A stretch of 64,000 bases of DNA from Nitrospirota bacterium (GTDB lineage Bacteria > Nitrospirota > Thermodesulfovibrionia > Thermodesulfovibrionales > Dissulfurispiraceae), in the NCBI GenBank assembly GCA_963790025.1, contig CAWBMP010000004.1:1248001-1312000 (forward strand). The letters are read 5' to 3'. Shown here in pieces: positions 1-10,023 of this stretch. Position numbers and translations under genes: made by a program. Numbering within the stretch: position 1 is the stretch's first letter; every line of letters begins with the position of its first letter. A model generated the notes under the pieces. It did no database searches, was not told where the DNA came from, and saw only the letters and a program-made list of their open reading frames with translations.

Positions 1-1608
1 CTCGAATATATGCTTCAGTACATCCCTGGGCATACCGGGACCATCATCTTTTATGGTGACGCGTACTGTATCTTTGTCCTTAAGCTCGGTCCCTACGTCA
101 ATCAGCCCTCCGTTTTTAACGGCGTCAACGGCATTGTTGATAATATTCAGAAACACCTGCTGGAGCTGTCCCTTATCGCTCAGCACCAGCGGAATGTTAT
201 CTCCGAGATGCACGTAAAGGCGGACATTTCTATATAGCATCTCCCGCTCGACGAACCCCAGGACCTCCGTTATCGTTTCATTGATATCAGTCTCCATCGG
301 TGTAACGTCCATCCTCCTGGCAAATCCCAGGAGGCGATGGGTGATCGTTCTGCAGCGGTTCAGACTGTCGGAAATCCCTTTTATCTGAGCAATGAAATTC
401 TCCTTGTTGGGAAAGTCCCCTGACATCCCGAGGATATCTTTCATAAGTCCTGCTTTCTCATTGATGATCGCCAGAGGGTTGTTGATCTCATGCGCAACGC
501 CGGCTGCAAGCCTACCGATTGACGCGAGCTTCCCGGCGTGCTCTGTCTCGGCGATCGCTTCCTCCCTCTTTTGCTCCGCCTCCCTGATCCAGTTCACCGC
601 GGTGAAGGATATGCGCAGGTTTACGATGATACCGATCACGATGAGCGCCCCGATAAGATAAATCACCCCGAGCCCGCTTCGGAAAATTCCGAAGAGCTTT
701 GAATATGCCGTCGACTTTATGACGACGCCCAGGAACCATGGGGAGTTCCGTATCGGGGCATACCCCAGGATGAAGCGGCTCTGATCGGCCACTATCATTT
801 CGGTAAGAAAAACCCGCTGTTGGGGTACCGGCATAGGCAGAACGACCTTTTCAAGCACGCGGCCATGGGACCGCGAAGGGGTTTGAAGGGTCCCTTCCCG
901 ATTGATAATGAACGCATCGTCGTCCTGCTTGATATTGATTGTCGACAAATACCTGTGCAGCGTCTCAATATCGATCGTGGCCCTCAGAATCCAGAAAGTA
1001 TCTTTCCCGGGGATCTCTCTCCGTACCGCTATCGCGAAATGAGGGATCTTACGATATCCCATGAAGACTTCGCTGATGTAGACCCCCCTCACCGTAGCCT
1101 CATTAAACCAGTCCTGGCCTGAATAATCTTTCCCCTGGAGCTGGTACGGGCCTGCATACGAGCGCTGGATACCTTTTGCATCGATTACTCCGAGGTCGAC
1201 AAGCTCTCCGAATTCATTCTTGAAATTGACAAACAGGGAATAAAGCACTTTCTTATCGGACACCTGGTCGTAGGTGTAGGTCGCCGAAAGGAACCGAAGG
1301 ACAGCGAGTTTCTCTTCCAGGAGGAACCCTACGGATTGTGAGGTGCTCTCCAGCTGCCACTTAACCTGATTGTTGATGTCTTCTTTCACATTGTTTTTCA
1401 GCCAGAGAAAACTGGCGATTGTGACGATGATGAGCGGGACGCCGGCGAGCATACCGATGAGCAGAAATATCTTGATCTTGAGGCTTTTGTACGTGTCTTT
1501 CGTCAGGAGCGAGGTGGGTTTGTCGCCCATATCGCGAAAGCGAAAGACTTTACAACAACCGACAACCCATTCCTTTATTTTTCCTGCAAACTGACGGGGC
1601 TTCGACAT
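1..1608 (-). CDS. Cache-domain sensor histidine kinase (NtrB-like HisKA/HATPase), 3' end outside window
   Basis: Manual translation from ATG 1608 (RBS GAGAGG) stays open to base 1. Two hydrophobic segments flank a periplasmic region; H-box AAGVAHEINNPL, N-box QQVFLNIINNAVDA, G1 DDGPGM. Absent from the ORF track because no stop lies in the window. Confidence 0.9.
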   Translation of the reverse strand, partial: MSKPRQFAGKIKEWVVGCCKVFRFRDMGDKPTSLLTKDTYKSLKIKIFLLIGMLAGVPLIIVTIASFLWLKNNVKEDINNQVKWQLESTSQSVGFLLEEKLAVLRFLSATYTYDQVSDKKVLYSLFVNFKNEFGELVDLGVIDAKGIQRSYAGPYQLQGKDYSGQDWFNEATVRGVYISEVFMGYRKIPHFAIAVRREIPGKDTFWILRATIDIETLHRYLSTINIKQDDDAFIINREGTLQTPSRSHGRVLEKVVLPMPVPQQRVFLTEMIVADQSRFILGYAPIRNSPWFLGVVIKSTAYSKLFGIFRSGLGVIYLIGALIVIGIIVNLRISFTAVNWIREAEQKREEAIAETEHAGKLASIGRLAAGVAHEINNPLAIINEKAGLMKDILGMSGDFPNKENFIAQIKGISDSLNRCRTITHRLLGFARRMDVTPMETDINETITEVLGFVEREMLYRNVRLYVHLGDNIPLVLSDKGQLQQVFLNIINNAVDAVKNGGLIDVGTELKDKDTVRVTIKDDGPGMPRDVLKHIFE

Positions 1609-1751
1609 AGTCCTCTCTCGTCGGTATCGCCTGAACTACTGCATTCCTCCGCAAAAGCTGATTCGAGGCAAACGGCGTCTACTCGACATTCGACAAACCG
1701 GGATCAACGTTTATGTTGTAACACATTTCGTAGCAAAACGCAATGGCGCAA

Positions 1752-1766
1752 GCTAATCATGCGCCA
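1752..1766 (-). promoter_or_regulatory. Possible sigma54 (-24/-12) promoter facing the kinase gene
   Basis: Minus strand TGGCGC-ATGAT-TAGC gives GG-N10-GC spacing, about 140 bp upstream of the ATG at 1608. Confidence 0.4.
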
Positions 1767-2005
1767 ACATGTTATGAACAGCTTTTTGAGATCATACGTT
1801 ACAATTTTCAATGACACTGTTTCAAGTTTCATCCTGATTGCTTTTTTTACAGGTGTTAAAGTAGTATGTTATAAAAGAATTATATATAATATTCAGTAAA
1901 GAAGAATGATCGGCGGACATCAGAAACGCGAGAGTATCGTTATTTTTAAAATAAGGCGCTTTACAATACAGCAAATAGTGCAAAACTCGTTTCAGGGAGG
2001 TTCGC

Positions 2006-2464
2006 GTGAAGAAACATAAAGACATAAAAGTGCTGCTGGTCGATGATGAAGTTGACTTTGTAAATACCCTTGCCCAGCGGCTGAAAATCAGGGACCTGAA
2101 TGTCAGTTGCGTGTATGACGGGGAACAGGGTCTTTCGAGGGTAAAAAAAGAGGAGCCCGATGTCCTTGTGCTCGACCTGAAGATGCCCGGACTCCAAGGC
2201 ATGGATGTGCTTCGTGAGGTGAGAAAAACAAATCCCAATATGCAGGTCATCATCCTTACCGGTCACGGGACCGAGAAGGACGAAGAGGAAGCCAGGAGGC
2301 TTGGAGGGTTCGATTTCCTCAGTAAACCGGCCGATATCGACCTCCTGATGATCAAGATCAAGGAGGCATACTCCGAAAAGATTGAGAGGGCGATGACCGC
2401 CATCACCTTCGCTGAAGAAGGAATTTTCGACACCGCTCGCAAAATAATGAAAAAAGAAGAATAA
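2006..2464 (+). CDS. Stand-alone response regulator receiver protein
   Basis: LLVDDE, VLDLKMP, ILTGHG and SKP receiver motifs; GTG start with RBS GGGAGG. Confidence 0.92.
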   Translation: MKKHKDIKVLLVDDEVDFVNTLAQRLKIRDLNVSCVYDGEQGLSRVKKEEPDVLVLDLKMPGLQGMDVLREVRKTNPNMQVIILTGHGTEKDEEEARRLGGFDFLSKPADIDLLMIKIKEAYSEKIERAMTAITFAEEGIFDTARKIMKKEE

Positions 2465-2508
2465 ACGACTGGCCCTCTAAAATAGGGGGTTAATGGCTGA
2501 AAAACTGA

Positions 2509-4008
2509 TCAGGGGAACAGCTTTACCTGGTCTTTTCTCAGCTGAGAAAAGTTCTCTTTCGGAAAATGGAAAAGGGGTTTAAAAATCCTGTTCATCAGGG
2601 TGAATAACTGGCGACACTTGTAAGCGTCATGATGGGAGTCTCCCCTTAGTTCAGACGCTTGCCAGCTCTGCTCGTCGGTTATGCGCAATTCAACCACCAG
2701 AGTGTGCTGTTGGCTTTCCTTGCTGAGCCGGTCTCTTTTCAGGTATAAAGGCGTCCCCGGAACAATGACTTTACCCGTGCCCACTGTGCGGTGGATCGGC
2801 AGGGAGAAATTTATTTTGCACTGGAACTTTCTGTGGCCCAAAGAAGAATGCAGGTTCTTTGCAGCATTAACACTCAGGGCCTTAAAGAATTGTTTTGCAT
2901 TGGCAAGCAGCTTATTTTTCCGGGGTATTTCATTGCTGCCTTCGCTTAGGGAAAGACTGACCATCAGTCGACGTACGGCTTCCATCATACTCTCCGGATT
3001 ATCGAACAATGTCTGGGTTATGGATTGGGAGACCGTATTTTCCTGTAATATGACGCCCCTCTTCTGCAAAGCATGAAAAAGCTTGAGCGTATCATCCTTG
3101 CTCCTCAGGATAAAGGTGATGGCAAGGATGTCCCTGATATCATGGACTTCCCCGTCTACATCCTTTCCAAGCTTGGTAAACATACTTTCCGGACTCTTTA
3201 GCCTGGCTTTAATGTCAGAGATATCGACCTTAACGCCGTCACCGCTGTTGAAGACCAAACATCTCTTTGCCGTATCAAACACCACTGATTCTTTTAGTTT
3301 GTGAAAAAAAGTGGAAATCTTGACAAAGGCCCTCTGGGCGGATGCCCCGTCAGGGAGGAAGCCAGGATTTTCCCAGTTGTAATTATACAAGTCGTCAAGA
3401 TTTTGGCCCTTCATTTCCAGAAAGAACCCAAGCTGCGCATAATCGTTGATGTCCTGGCTGTCCTCCTCGATTGACTTGATCAAGTGGCCCATCTTGAGAA
3501 TAGCACAGGCAATCTGTTGCCACCCGGATGGGACTTTGATGTTCCTGCCCTTGTAACCATAAAAAACATCAGGATATTTTCTAGATGAGGCGAGAAGAAA
3601 AAGATGGCGCACATCATCATCGATTATATTTCGGAACTCCGTATTCGTCAAAATCTCTTCTGCCCTTCCGATAGTCGTGAGGCAATGACGATAAAGACCG
3701 GAGTTCCGCGACTTCACACTGAGCAGCCTCTTAAGCTGGTACTTTACAAACGGGAACAGCCATTCTAAAAAATACTTGTTAACACGTTCAACGTACTTGT
3801 GCGCCCTTTCTCTCTCACTTCCCTGTAATTCGTCCTTGCCAAGGGTATCAAACCCCCGGTTGCCCATCATTTTGGTCGCCTGTTTCAGGGCCGTTTCATA
3901 ATCTCTGGCGTGTAATAATAAATATGGGGTCATTTCGGTCCTATCCAGGATAGAACCGAAAATGTCGTGATAAAGTTCCTGCCTTGTTGATATTTGTCTC
4001 ATCGACAT
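2509..4008 (-). CDS. Divergent RelA/SpoT-synthetase-like nucleotidyltransferase (TIGR04552/TIGR04562-like)
   Basis: ARLKSPESMFTKL, DIRDILAITF and VELRITDEQSWQASELRGDSHHDAYKCRQ resemble RSH SYN motifs; HLFLLAS..IACAILKMGH resembles my recollection of the TIGR04552 family. Confidence 0.6.
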   Translation of the reverse strand: MSMRQISTRQELYHDIFGSILDRTEMTPYLLLHARDYETALKQATKMMGNRGFDTLGKDELQGSERERAHKYVERVNKYFLEWLFPFVKYQLKRLLSVKSRNSGLYRHCLTTIGRAEEILTNTEFRNIIDDDVRHLFLLASSRKYPDVFYGYKGRNIKVPSGWQQIACAILKMGHLIKSIEEDSQDINDYAQLGFFLEMKGQNLDDLYNYNWENPGFLPDGASAQRAFVKISTFFHKLKESVVFDTAKRCLVFNSGDGVKVDISDIKARLKSPESMFTKLGKDVDGEVHDIRDILAITFILRSKDDTLKLFHALQKRGVILQENTVSQSITQTLFDNPESMMEAVRRLMVSLSLSEGSNEIPRKNKLLANAKQFFKALSVNAAKNLHSSLGHRKFQCKINFSLPIHRTVGTGKVIVPGTPLYLKRDRLSKESQQHTLVVELRITDEQSWQASELRGDSHHDAYKCRQLFTLMNRIFKPLFHFPKENFSQLRKDQVKLFP

Positions 4009-4024
4009 CCTCGGGGCAAATACT

Positions 4025-4597
4025 TTATTGCAGCTTCTTAAGGAGCCATCCCATATTTTCTCCGAGCGCCTTCATGGTCTGAAGTCCTTCCTCATCTTTC
4101 TCAACCTCACCTATCTCCCTGCCGAACGCCAGATTCCAGTAACTCGACCCGGGGACAACCATCTGGCTGATGAGAAAAAAATGGTTGAGTGTATCGAAGG
4201 CGTGGATGCTTCCGGCCCTGCGGGCCACGACCACTGCCGCACCGGCTTTACGCCTGTACAGATCGCCGTTGGCCCTCGCAACCATTCCCGCCCTGTCAAC
4301 AAGCGCCTTCAACTCGCTCGTGATATCGGCAAAATAAGTAGGAGAGGCCAAAATAATACCATCGGCCCCGACCATCATATCAATGCATTCGTTGATAATA
4401 TCATCTTTGACTGCGCAATGTTTATCCTTGTTGCTCCAGCATTTGTAGCAGGCAATGCACCCATGGACCTTCTTGCCTGCAAGCTGCATCATCTCTGTAT
4501 CGATCCCTTCCTTCTCCAACTCTTTAAACACTTGCCTGACAAGAATTGCGGTATTGCCATCTTTACGGGCGCTCCCGTTGAATGCCACTACTTTCAT
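4025..4597 (-). CDS. Iron-sulfur flavoprotein / NADPH-dependent FMN reductase (flavodoxin fold)
   Basis: NGSARKDGNT, CxxCxxC-x6-C cluster, ASPTYF; ATG 4597 follows RBS AAGGAGG. Confidence 0.9.
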   Translation of the reverse strand: MKVVAFNGSARKDGNTAILVRQVFKELEKEGIDTEMMQLAGKKVHGCIACYKCWSNKDKHCAVKDDIINECIDMMVGADGIILASPTYFADITSELKALVDRAGMVARANGDLYRRKAGAAVVVARRAGSIHAFDTLNHFFLISQMVVPGSSYWNLAFGREIGEVEKDEEGLQTMKALGENMGWLLKKLQ

Positions 4598-4620
4598 GGT
4601 GTCCTCCTTTACAAAAAAAT

Positions 4621-4722
4621 TAACCATAGAGAAACATAGATAAAACAGGGCATAATAAAAAAACCTCTAAAAGCCTTCCCCTATTTCACATGCCGTTATC
4701 TTTTTTCTCTGTGCCTCCGTGT
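4621..4722. repeat. Nonamer-unit (ACACAGAGA-like) inverted repeat remnant
   Basis: AACCATAGAGAAACATAGA ... TCTCTGTGCCTCCGTGTC. Confidence 0.55.
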
Positions 4723-4764
4723 CTGGCCTAAGGTCCGTAATGTTGGTTGTGGTTGCCTATCACC

Positions 4765-5673
4765 TCATGAGGAAAGCAGAAATTCAAGGAGTGCTTTTGC
4801 GGTGTGCAATCTGTTTTCAGCCTGATCAAACACAGCGCTCTTCGGCCCGTCAATGATCTCGTCTGTTATCTCCTGTCCTCTGTGTGCCGGGAGACAGTGC
4901 AGAACAATGGCGTCTTTTTTTGCGCCGCTGAGCAAAGCGCTGTTTATCTGGTAATCGGCAAGATAAGATTTTTTATTTTCCGCCTCTTTTTCCTGCCCCA
5001 TGCTTACCCAAACATCAGTATAAACAACATCTGCATTGGCGACAGCTTCGCGGGGGTCCGTGACGATGGTTATTGTCCCTTCAGATCTGCTTCGCGCCGT
5101 TTGGAGAATCCCGTGGTCAGGTTCGCAGCATTCGGGACAGGCTATTACCAGATCGATACCCATGAGGGCCGCTGCTTCAATAAGCGAGTTGGCGACATTA
5201 TTGCCGTCTCCTATATACGCCATGCGTATACCTTTCAGGGCGCCTTTCTTTTCCGAAATTGTCATAAGATCGGCAAGTGCCTGGCATGGGTGATGAAGGT
5301 CCGAGAGGCCATTGATCACCGGTACCGATGCAAACGATACAAACTCCTCGATTGATAAATGTGTATTTGTCCGGAGAACAACAGCACTGAGATAACGGGA
5401 CAGGACGCGTGCAGTATCGGCAATAGTTTCGCCTCTGCCGAGCTGTATTTCTCTCGGGTTGAGATATAGCGACTGTCCTCCTAACTGGTAAATACCGACT
5501 TCAAACGATACCCTTGTACGGGTCGAAGGTTTCTCAAAAAATAAGCCGACGCTTTTGCCGATTAGCGGGCATTTATGAGCGTCAGCACCGGATTTCAGGC
5601 CCAGCGCCCTTTTCAGCAGGTGTTCGGCATCATTTTTTGTGAGGTCATGTATGGCAAGAAAATCGCGCTTCAT
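4765..5673 (-). CDS. argF: Ornithine carbamoyltransferase
   Basis: STRTR, HPCQ and HCLP motifs; coupled to argD. Confidence 0.97.
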   Translation of the reverse strand: MKRDFLAIHDLTKNDAEHLLKRALGLKSGADAHKCPLIGKSVGLFFEKPSTRTRVSFEVGIYQLGGQSLYLNPREIQLGRGETIADTARVLSRYLSAVVLRTNTHLSIEEFVSFASVPVINGLSDLHHPCQALADLMTISEKKGALKGIRMAYIGDGNNVANSLIEAAALMGIDLVIACPECCEPDHGILQTARSRSEGTITIVTDPREAVANADVVYTDVWVSMGQEKEAENKKSYLADYQINSALLSGAKKDAIVLHCLPAHRGQEITDEIIDGPKSAVFDQAENRLHTAKALLEFLLSS

Positions 5674-6869
5674 AGTGACCTGCCCAACAGCTCCTCCAGC
5701 AACTCAACCAGCATGTCTATCTCTTTCTCCTCCACAATGAGAGGGGGAGTGAAACGCAGAATATTGCCGCCGCCCGTACAGTTGATCAGAATGCCCCTGT
5801 CAAGACACGCCTTGACAATAGGCATTCCGTCACGCGTAAGCTCCATGCCGACAAAAAGCCCCTTGCCCCGTATATCGACAATTTGCTGATGGTATTCCTT
5901 AAGCTGTATCAGCCGCTCCCTGAAATACGCGCCTATTCTATTGCAGTGGTCCAAGACAAATCCGTCCTCGAGAATTGCCTCCAATGTCGCAATCGCAGCC
6001 GCACACGCCAGCGGATTGCCGCCAAAAGTAGAGGCATGAGTGCCGGGCTTGAACACGGCAGCGACTTTATCGGTAGCCAGCAACGCGCCTATAGGCATGC
6101 CGCCACCAAGACCTTTAGCAAGGGCCATTATGTCTGGGGCCATATTATAATGCTCATACGCAAAGAGCCTGCCTGTCCGTCCCATCCCGGTCTGCACTTC
6201 ATCGAGAATCAAAAGGAGCCCGTGCCTGTCGCAAAGTTCCCTCACCTCGCCCAGATAACCATCGGACGGGAAGTTTACCCCTCCTTCCCCCTGTATAGGC
6301 TCGAGCATGACCGCACAGGTTTTTTCCGTTATTGCAGCTTCAAGCGCACGTATGTCATTAAACGGCACATGCTTGAACCCCGGCATCAGCGGCTCAAAAC
6401 CATGCTGGAATTTCTCCTGTCCGGTTGCTGCCAGCGCTGCAAGCGTTCTGCCATGAAAGGATTTCCATGCAGTTATGATTTCGTACCTTTCAGAACCGAA
6501 ATGCTCTCTTGAATATTTTCGCGCAAGTTTTATTGCCGCCTCAACGGCCTCAGTGCCTGAATTGCAGAAAAAAACTTTATCGGCAAAGGAGTTTGTAACG
6601 AGAAGCTTTGCGAGTTTTATTTGGGGCTCGATATGATAAAAATTTGACACATGTATTATTCTCTGCGCCTGCTTCTGAATTGCGACAACAACCTTGGGAT
6701 GGCAATGTCCGAGCACGTTCACGGCGATACCTCCCAGAAAATCGAGGTATTCCTTGCCATCGGCGCCCCAAACCCTCATTCCGCGTCCTTTTCTGAGCAT
6801 AACAGGGAACCGGTTATAGGTATGCATCAGGTAGTGCTCTGAATCTTCAATGATTTTTCGGGGTTCCAT
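5670..6869 (-). CDS. argD: Acetylornithine aminotransferase
   Basis: FCNSGTEA, SFHGRT, DEVQTGMGRTG, AKGLGGG (PLP Lys), HASTFGGNP. Confidence 0.96.
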   Translation of the reverse strand: MEPRKIIEDSEHYLMHTYNRFPVMLRKGRGMRVWGADGKEYLDFLGGIAVNVLGHCHPKVVVAIQKQAQRIIHVSNFYHIEPQIKLAKLLVTNSFADKVFFCNSGTEAVEAAIKLARKYSREHFGSERYEIITAWKSFHGRTLAALAATGQEKFQHGFEPLMPGFKHVPFNDIRALEAAITEKTCAVMLEPIQGEGGVNFPSDGYLGEVRELCDRHGLLLILDEVQTGMGRTGRLFAYEHYNMAPDIMALAKGLGGGMPIGALLATDKVAAVFKPGTHASTFGGNPLACAAAIATLEAILEDGFVLDHCNRIGAYFRERLIQLKEYHQQIVDIRGKGLFVGMELTRDGMPIVKACLDRGILINCTGGGNILRFTPPLIVEEKEIDMLVELLEELLGRSL

Positions 6870-6908
6870 GGGAAATGATAACACAGAGCCAAATAGCAGG
6901 GCAACTTA

Positions 6909-7090
6909 AGGGCTCGCGAAGAAATAACTTATACATTGATGCATCTCAGATTAAGGCCACCTTTGACCGACCCTCAATCACAAAATCCTCAACGTAGCTA
7001 TGCTACGCCTGCGGTTTTGTTCAATCGGCTCAGTCAAATCTGACCCGAATCTTAGCGCCTGAATGCACAAGTTATTTCTTCGCAACCCCT
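6909..7090. mobile_element. ~180-bp nested palindromic MITE/ERIC-like element
   Basis: Perfect 15-bp IR GCGAAGAAATAACTT (6916-6930 / 7069-7083), several inner IRs, central CGTAGC-TAT-GCTACG. Confidence 0.7.
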
Positions 7091-7193
7091 AAGGCTTTTA
7101 AAAGACAGCCGGTTTATATTATTATACATGCTCGGCTTAACTCTTGCTTCAGGATTGTTGATTAAAAGTTATATTTAAAAATTGGAGGATAGT

Positions 7194-8333
7194 ATGCTGA
7201 AACGTTATCTTTTAGCCCCGGGGCCTACACCTGTGCCTCCCGAGGTATTGCTTTCAATGGCGATGCCGATCATTCACCACAGGGCGCCTGATTTTTCGCC
7301 TGTCCTTGACTCTGCAAAAACAGGGTTGCAGTGGCTGTTCCAGACAAAAAACGATGTTCTTATCCTCACGTCGACCGGTACCGGCGGCATGGTGGGCGCG
7401 GTGAATAATTTCTTTAATCCCGGAGACAAAGTATTAGTGGTAAACGGGGGTAAATTCGGAGAACGCTGGACAAAAATAGCCCAATCATACGGCCTGAAAG
7501 TGGAGGAGATACTCGTTGAATGGGGATATTCGGTAAAGCCTCAAACGGTCGAGGCCGCACTGAAGAAAGATCCTCAAATTAAAGGGGTCTTTGTCCAGGC
7601 AACCGAGACTTCCACAGGTGTGTTTCACGATGTTGAAGGACTGGGAAACGTTGTGAGGAAATTTGAAGATACACTGTTCATTGTTGATGCAATCAGTGCG
7701 CTGGTTGCCCATGATATAAAAACTGATGAATGGGGAATCGATATTATGGTCGGCGGCTCGCAAAAAGGGCTTATGCTGCCCCCGGGGTTGGCCTTTGTGA
7801 GTATAAGTGATAAGGCATGGAAAAGAAACGAGTCCTCAAAAATGCCGAGGTTCTATTTCAATTTCAAAAAAGAGCGGGAGAACCTTGCAAAGAACCAGAC
7901 GAACTTCACCTCTGCGGTGACTTTAATTATTGGACTCAATGAAGCGATAAAGATGCTGCGCAAAGAAGGGCTCGAAAATGTATTTGCAAGGCATGCCCGC
8001 CTTGCCCGTGCAACCAGGGAGGCGGTAAAGTCACTGGGCCTTGCCCTCTATTCAAAAGAGTCCCCGAGCAACTCTGTTACGGCAATAGAGGCCCCTGCAG
8101 GAGTTGACGGGCAGGCAATTTACAAAAATTTGAGAGAGAAATACGGAATAACCGGAGCCGGCGGACAGGACAAAGCAAAAGGTAAGATATTCAGGCTGGC
8201 CCATCTCGGGTACGCGGACATCTTCGATGTTATTACAGGTATTGCCGCACTGGAAATGGTACTGAAGGAACTCGGTTATGACATCAAGCTTGGGACAGGC
8301 GTGGCAAAAGCGCAGGAAATATTGATGCAATGA
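7194..8333 (+). CDS. Class V PLP aminotransferase (serine-pyruvate/alanine-glyoxylate family; probable phosphoserine transaminase role)
   Basis: LLAPGPTPVP, ETSTG, VDAIS, GSQKGLMLPPGL; directly upstream of serA. Confidence 0.9.
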   Translation: MLKRYLLAPGPTPVPPEVLLSMAMPIIHHRAPDFSPVLDSAKTGLQWLFQTKNDVLILTSTGTGGMVGAVNNFFNPGDKVLVVNGGKFGERWTKIAQSYGLKVEEILVEWGYSVKPQTVEAALKKDPQIKGVFVQATETSTGVFHDVEGLGNVVRKFEDTLFIVDAISALVAHDIKTDEWGIDIMVGGSQKGLMLPPGLAFVSISDKAWKRNESSKMPRFYFNFKKERENLAKNQTNFTSAVTLIIGLNEAIKMLRKEGLENVFARHARLARATREAVKSLGLALYSKESPSNSVTAIEAPAGVDGQAIYKNLREKYGITGAGGQDKAKGKIFRLAHLGYADIFDVITGIAALEMVLKELGYDIKLGTGVAKAQEILMQ

Positions 8334-8346
8334 GGAGGCCCATTCA

Positions 8347-9924
8347 ATGAAGGTTCTTGTTAGCGACAGCATTTCACCTACCGGTGTCGATATACTTAAA
8401 AAGGCAGGGCTTGAAGTCGATGTAAAAACCGGCTTGAAACCTGATGAGCTGAAGGCCATTATCGGGGAGTACCACGCACTGATAGTCAGGAGTGCAACCA
8501 AAGCGACTGCTGAAATCATAGAGGCAGCCGAAAATCTGAAAGTTATCGGTCGTGCAGGTTCCGGCCTTGACAATGTAGACAAGGTTGCCGCATCCAAAAA
8601 AGGCATTGTGGTGATGAACACCCCTGGAGGCAACACGATTACAACTGCCGAGCACACCATTGCCATGATGTTCGCCGTTGCACGGAGAATCCCGCAGGCA
8701 AAGGCTTCGATGGCTGCCGGGCAATGGGAAAAAAAGAAATTCATGGGTACCGAGCTTTACAATAAAGTCCTCGGCGTCGTGGGGTTGGGCAATATCGGCG
8801 GTGAGGTGGCAAGAAGGGCCCAGGGCCTCGGCATGCAGGTTATCGCCTATGATCCTTTTCTCAATGAAGAGAAGGCCGAGCAGACCGGAATTGAGAAGGT
8901 AGAGATTCCGGAACTGATCAAGCGGGCCGATTTTATCACAATACATACCCCTTTAACTCATGAGACAAAGAACCTTATCAGGGCAGAAACCATCGCAACC
9001 ATGAAAGACGGTGTCTATATCATTAACTGTGCCCGCGGCGGTATTGTGAATGAAAAGGACCTTTATGAGGCACTGGAGAGCGGAAAGGTTGCCGGCGCGG
9101 CCCTGGATGTTTTCGAAAAAGAACCGCCTGTAGATAGCCCGCTGGTGGCACACCCTAATGTTGTATGCACACCCCATCTCGGGGCCTCGACACAGGAGGC
9201 GCAGGAGAATGTGGCATTGGCCGTTGCAGAACAGATAGTGGATTATCTCGTAAACGGCACCATCAGGAACGCAGTCAACTTCCCCTCAATTCCGGCTGAC
9301 CAGGTGGCGGCTTTGCAACCATACATTACACTTGCCGACAAACTGGGCGGTTTTGCCTCGCAGTTGTTCGGGGATGAAATGACCGGCGTTTCTATAGAAT
9401 ACAGGGGAAAAGTGGCGGGGTTAAATATATCTCCCCTGACCCTCGCGGTTATCAAGGGGCTGCTTGACCCGATTTTGCTGGAGACGGTGAATTTTGTCAA
9501 TGCCTCAGTAATTGCCAAAGAGCGGGGAATCGAGGTCAACGAGACCAAGAGCAGTGATGCCGGTGATTACAACAGCTTGATAACAATCAAAATAAAATCG
9601 CGCAGGAAAGAGCTCATAGTGTCAGGGACTTTATTCAGCAGAAAAGACCCGAGGATAGTGCAAATAGACAAGTACACCGTTGAAATTGTTCCCGAGGGGA
9701 ATATGCTGGTTATGTATAACAATGACAAGCCCGGAGTTATAGGCAATATCGGTTCGATGATGGGAAAAAATGATATCAATATTGCCAGGATGCACTTCGG
9801 CAGGGAGAGCGCTGGCGGCAATGCAATATCGGTCGTCAACATTGATTCATCAATATCCGACGAATTGCTGGAAGGGATAAAGAAATTACCCAATATCCTT
9901 GATGTCAAGGTCATAAATCTATAA
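8347..9924 (+). CDS. serA: D-3-phosphoglycerate dehydrogenase (long form with ACT domain)
   Basis: GRAGSGLDNVD, GLGNIG, NCARGG, TPHLGAST, C-terminal DKPGVIG ACT domain. Confidence 0.96.
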   Translation: MKVLVSDSISPTGVDILKKAGLEVDVKTGLKPDELKAIIGEYHALIVRSATKATAEIIEAAENLKVIGRAGSGLDNVDKVAASKKGIVVMNTPGGNTITTAEHTIAMMFAVARRIPQAKASMAAGQWEKKKFMGTELYNKVLGVVGLGNIGGEVARRAQGLGMQVIAYDPFLNEEKAEQTGIEKVEIPELIKRADFITIHTPLTHETKNLIRAETIATMKDGVYIINCARGGIVNEKDLYEALESGKVAGAALDVFEKEPPVDSPLVAHPNVVCTPHLGASTQEAQENVALAVAEQIVDYLVNGTIRNAVNFPSIPADQVAALQPYITLADKLGGFASQLFGDEMTGVSIEYRGKVAGLNISPLTLAVIKGLLDPILLETVNFVNASVIAKERGIEVNETKSSDAGDYNSLITIKIKSRRKELIVSGTLFSRKDPRIVQIDKYTVEIVPEGNMLVMYNNDKPGVIGNIGSMMGKNDINIARMHFGRESAGGNAISVVNIDSSISDELLEGIKKLPNILDVKVINL

Positions 9925-9927
9925 GAA

Positions 9928-10005
9928 GCGTACTTCGTTCGGCGTACTGCGCTAAAGGAAAACCAATTAATATATCCTTCGACGCAGTACGCTGAACGCT
10001 GAACG
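9928..10005. repeat. Heptamer-unit (CGTACTG/CGTTCAG) inverted-repeat hairpin
   Basis: CGTTCGGCGTACTGCG ... CGCAGTACGCTGAACGCTGAACG between serA and purA. Confidence 0.7.
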
Positions 10006-10023
10006 AAAAAAAGAGGTATTACT

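Noticed and set aside
512..1122. Suspected frameshift in the left-edge kinase (only fragments in the ORF track)
   Set aside because: Manual translation from ATG 1608 stays in one frame to base 1; it is missing only because the stop is outside the window
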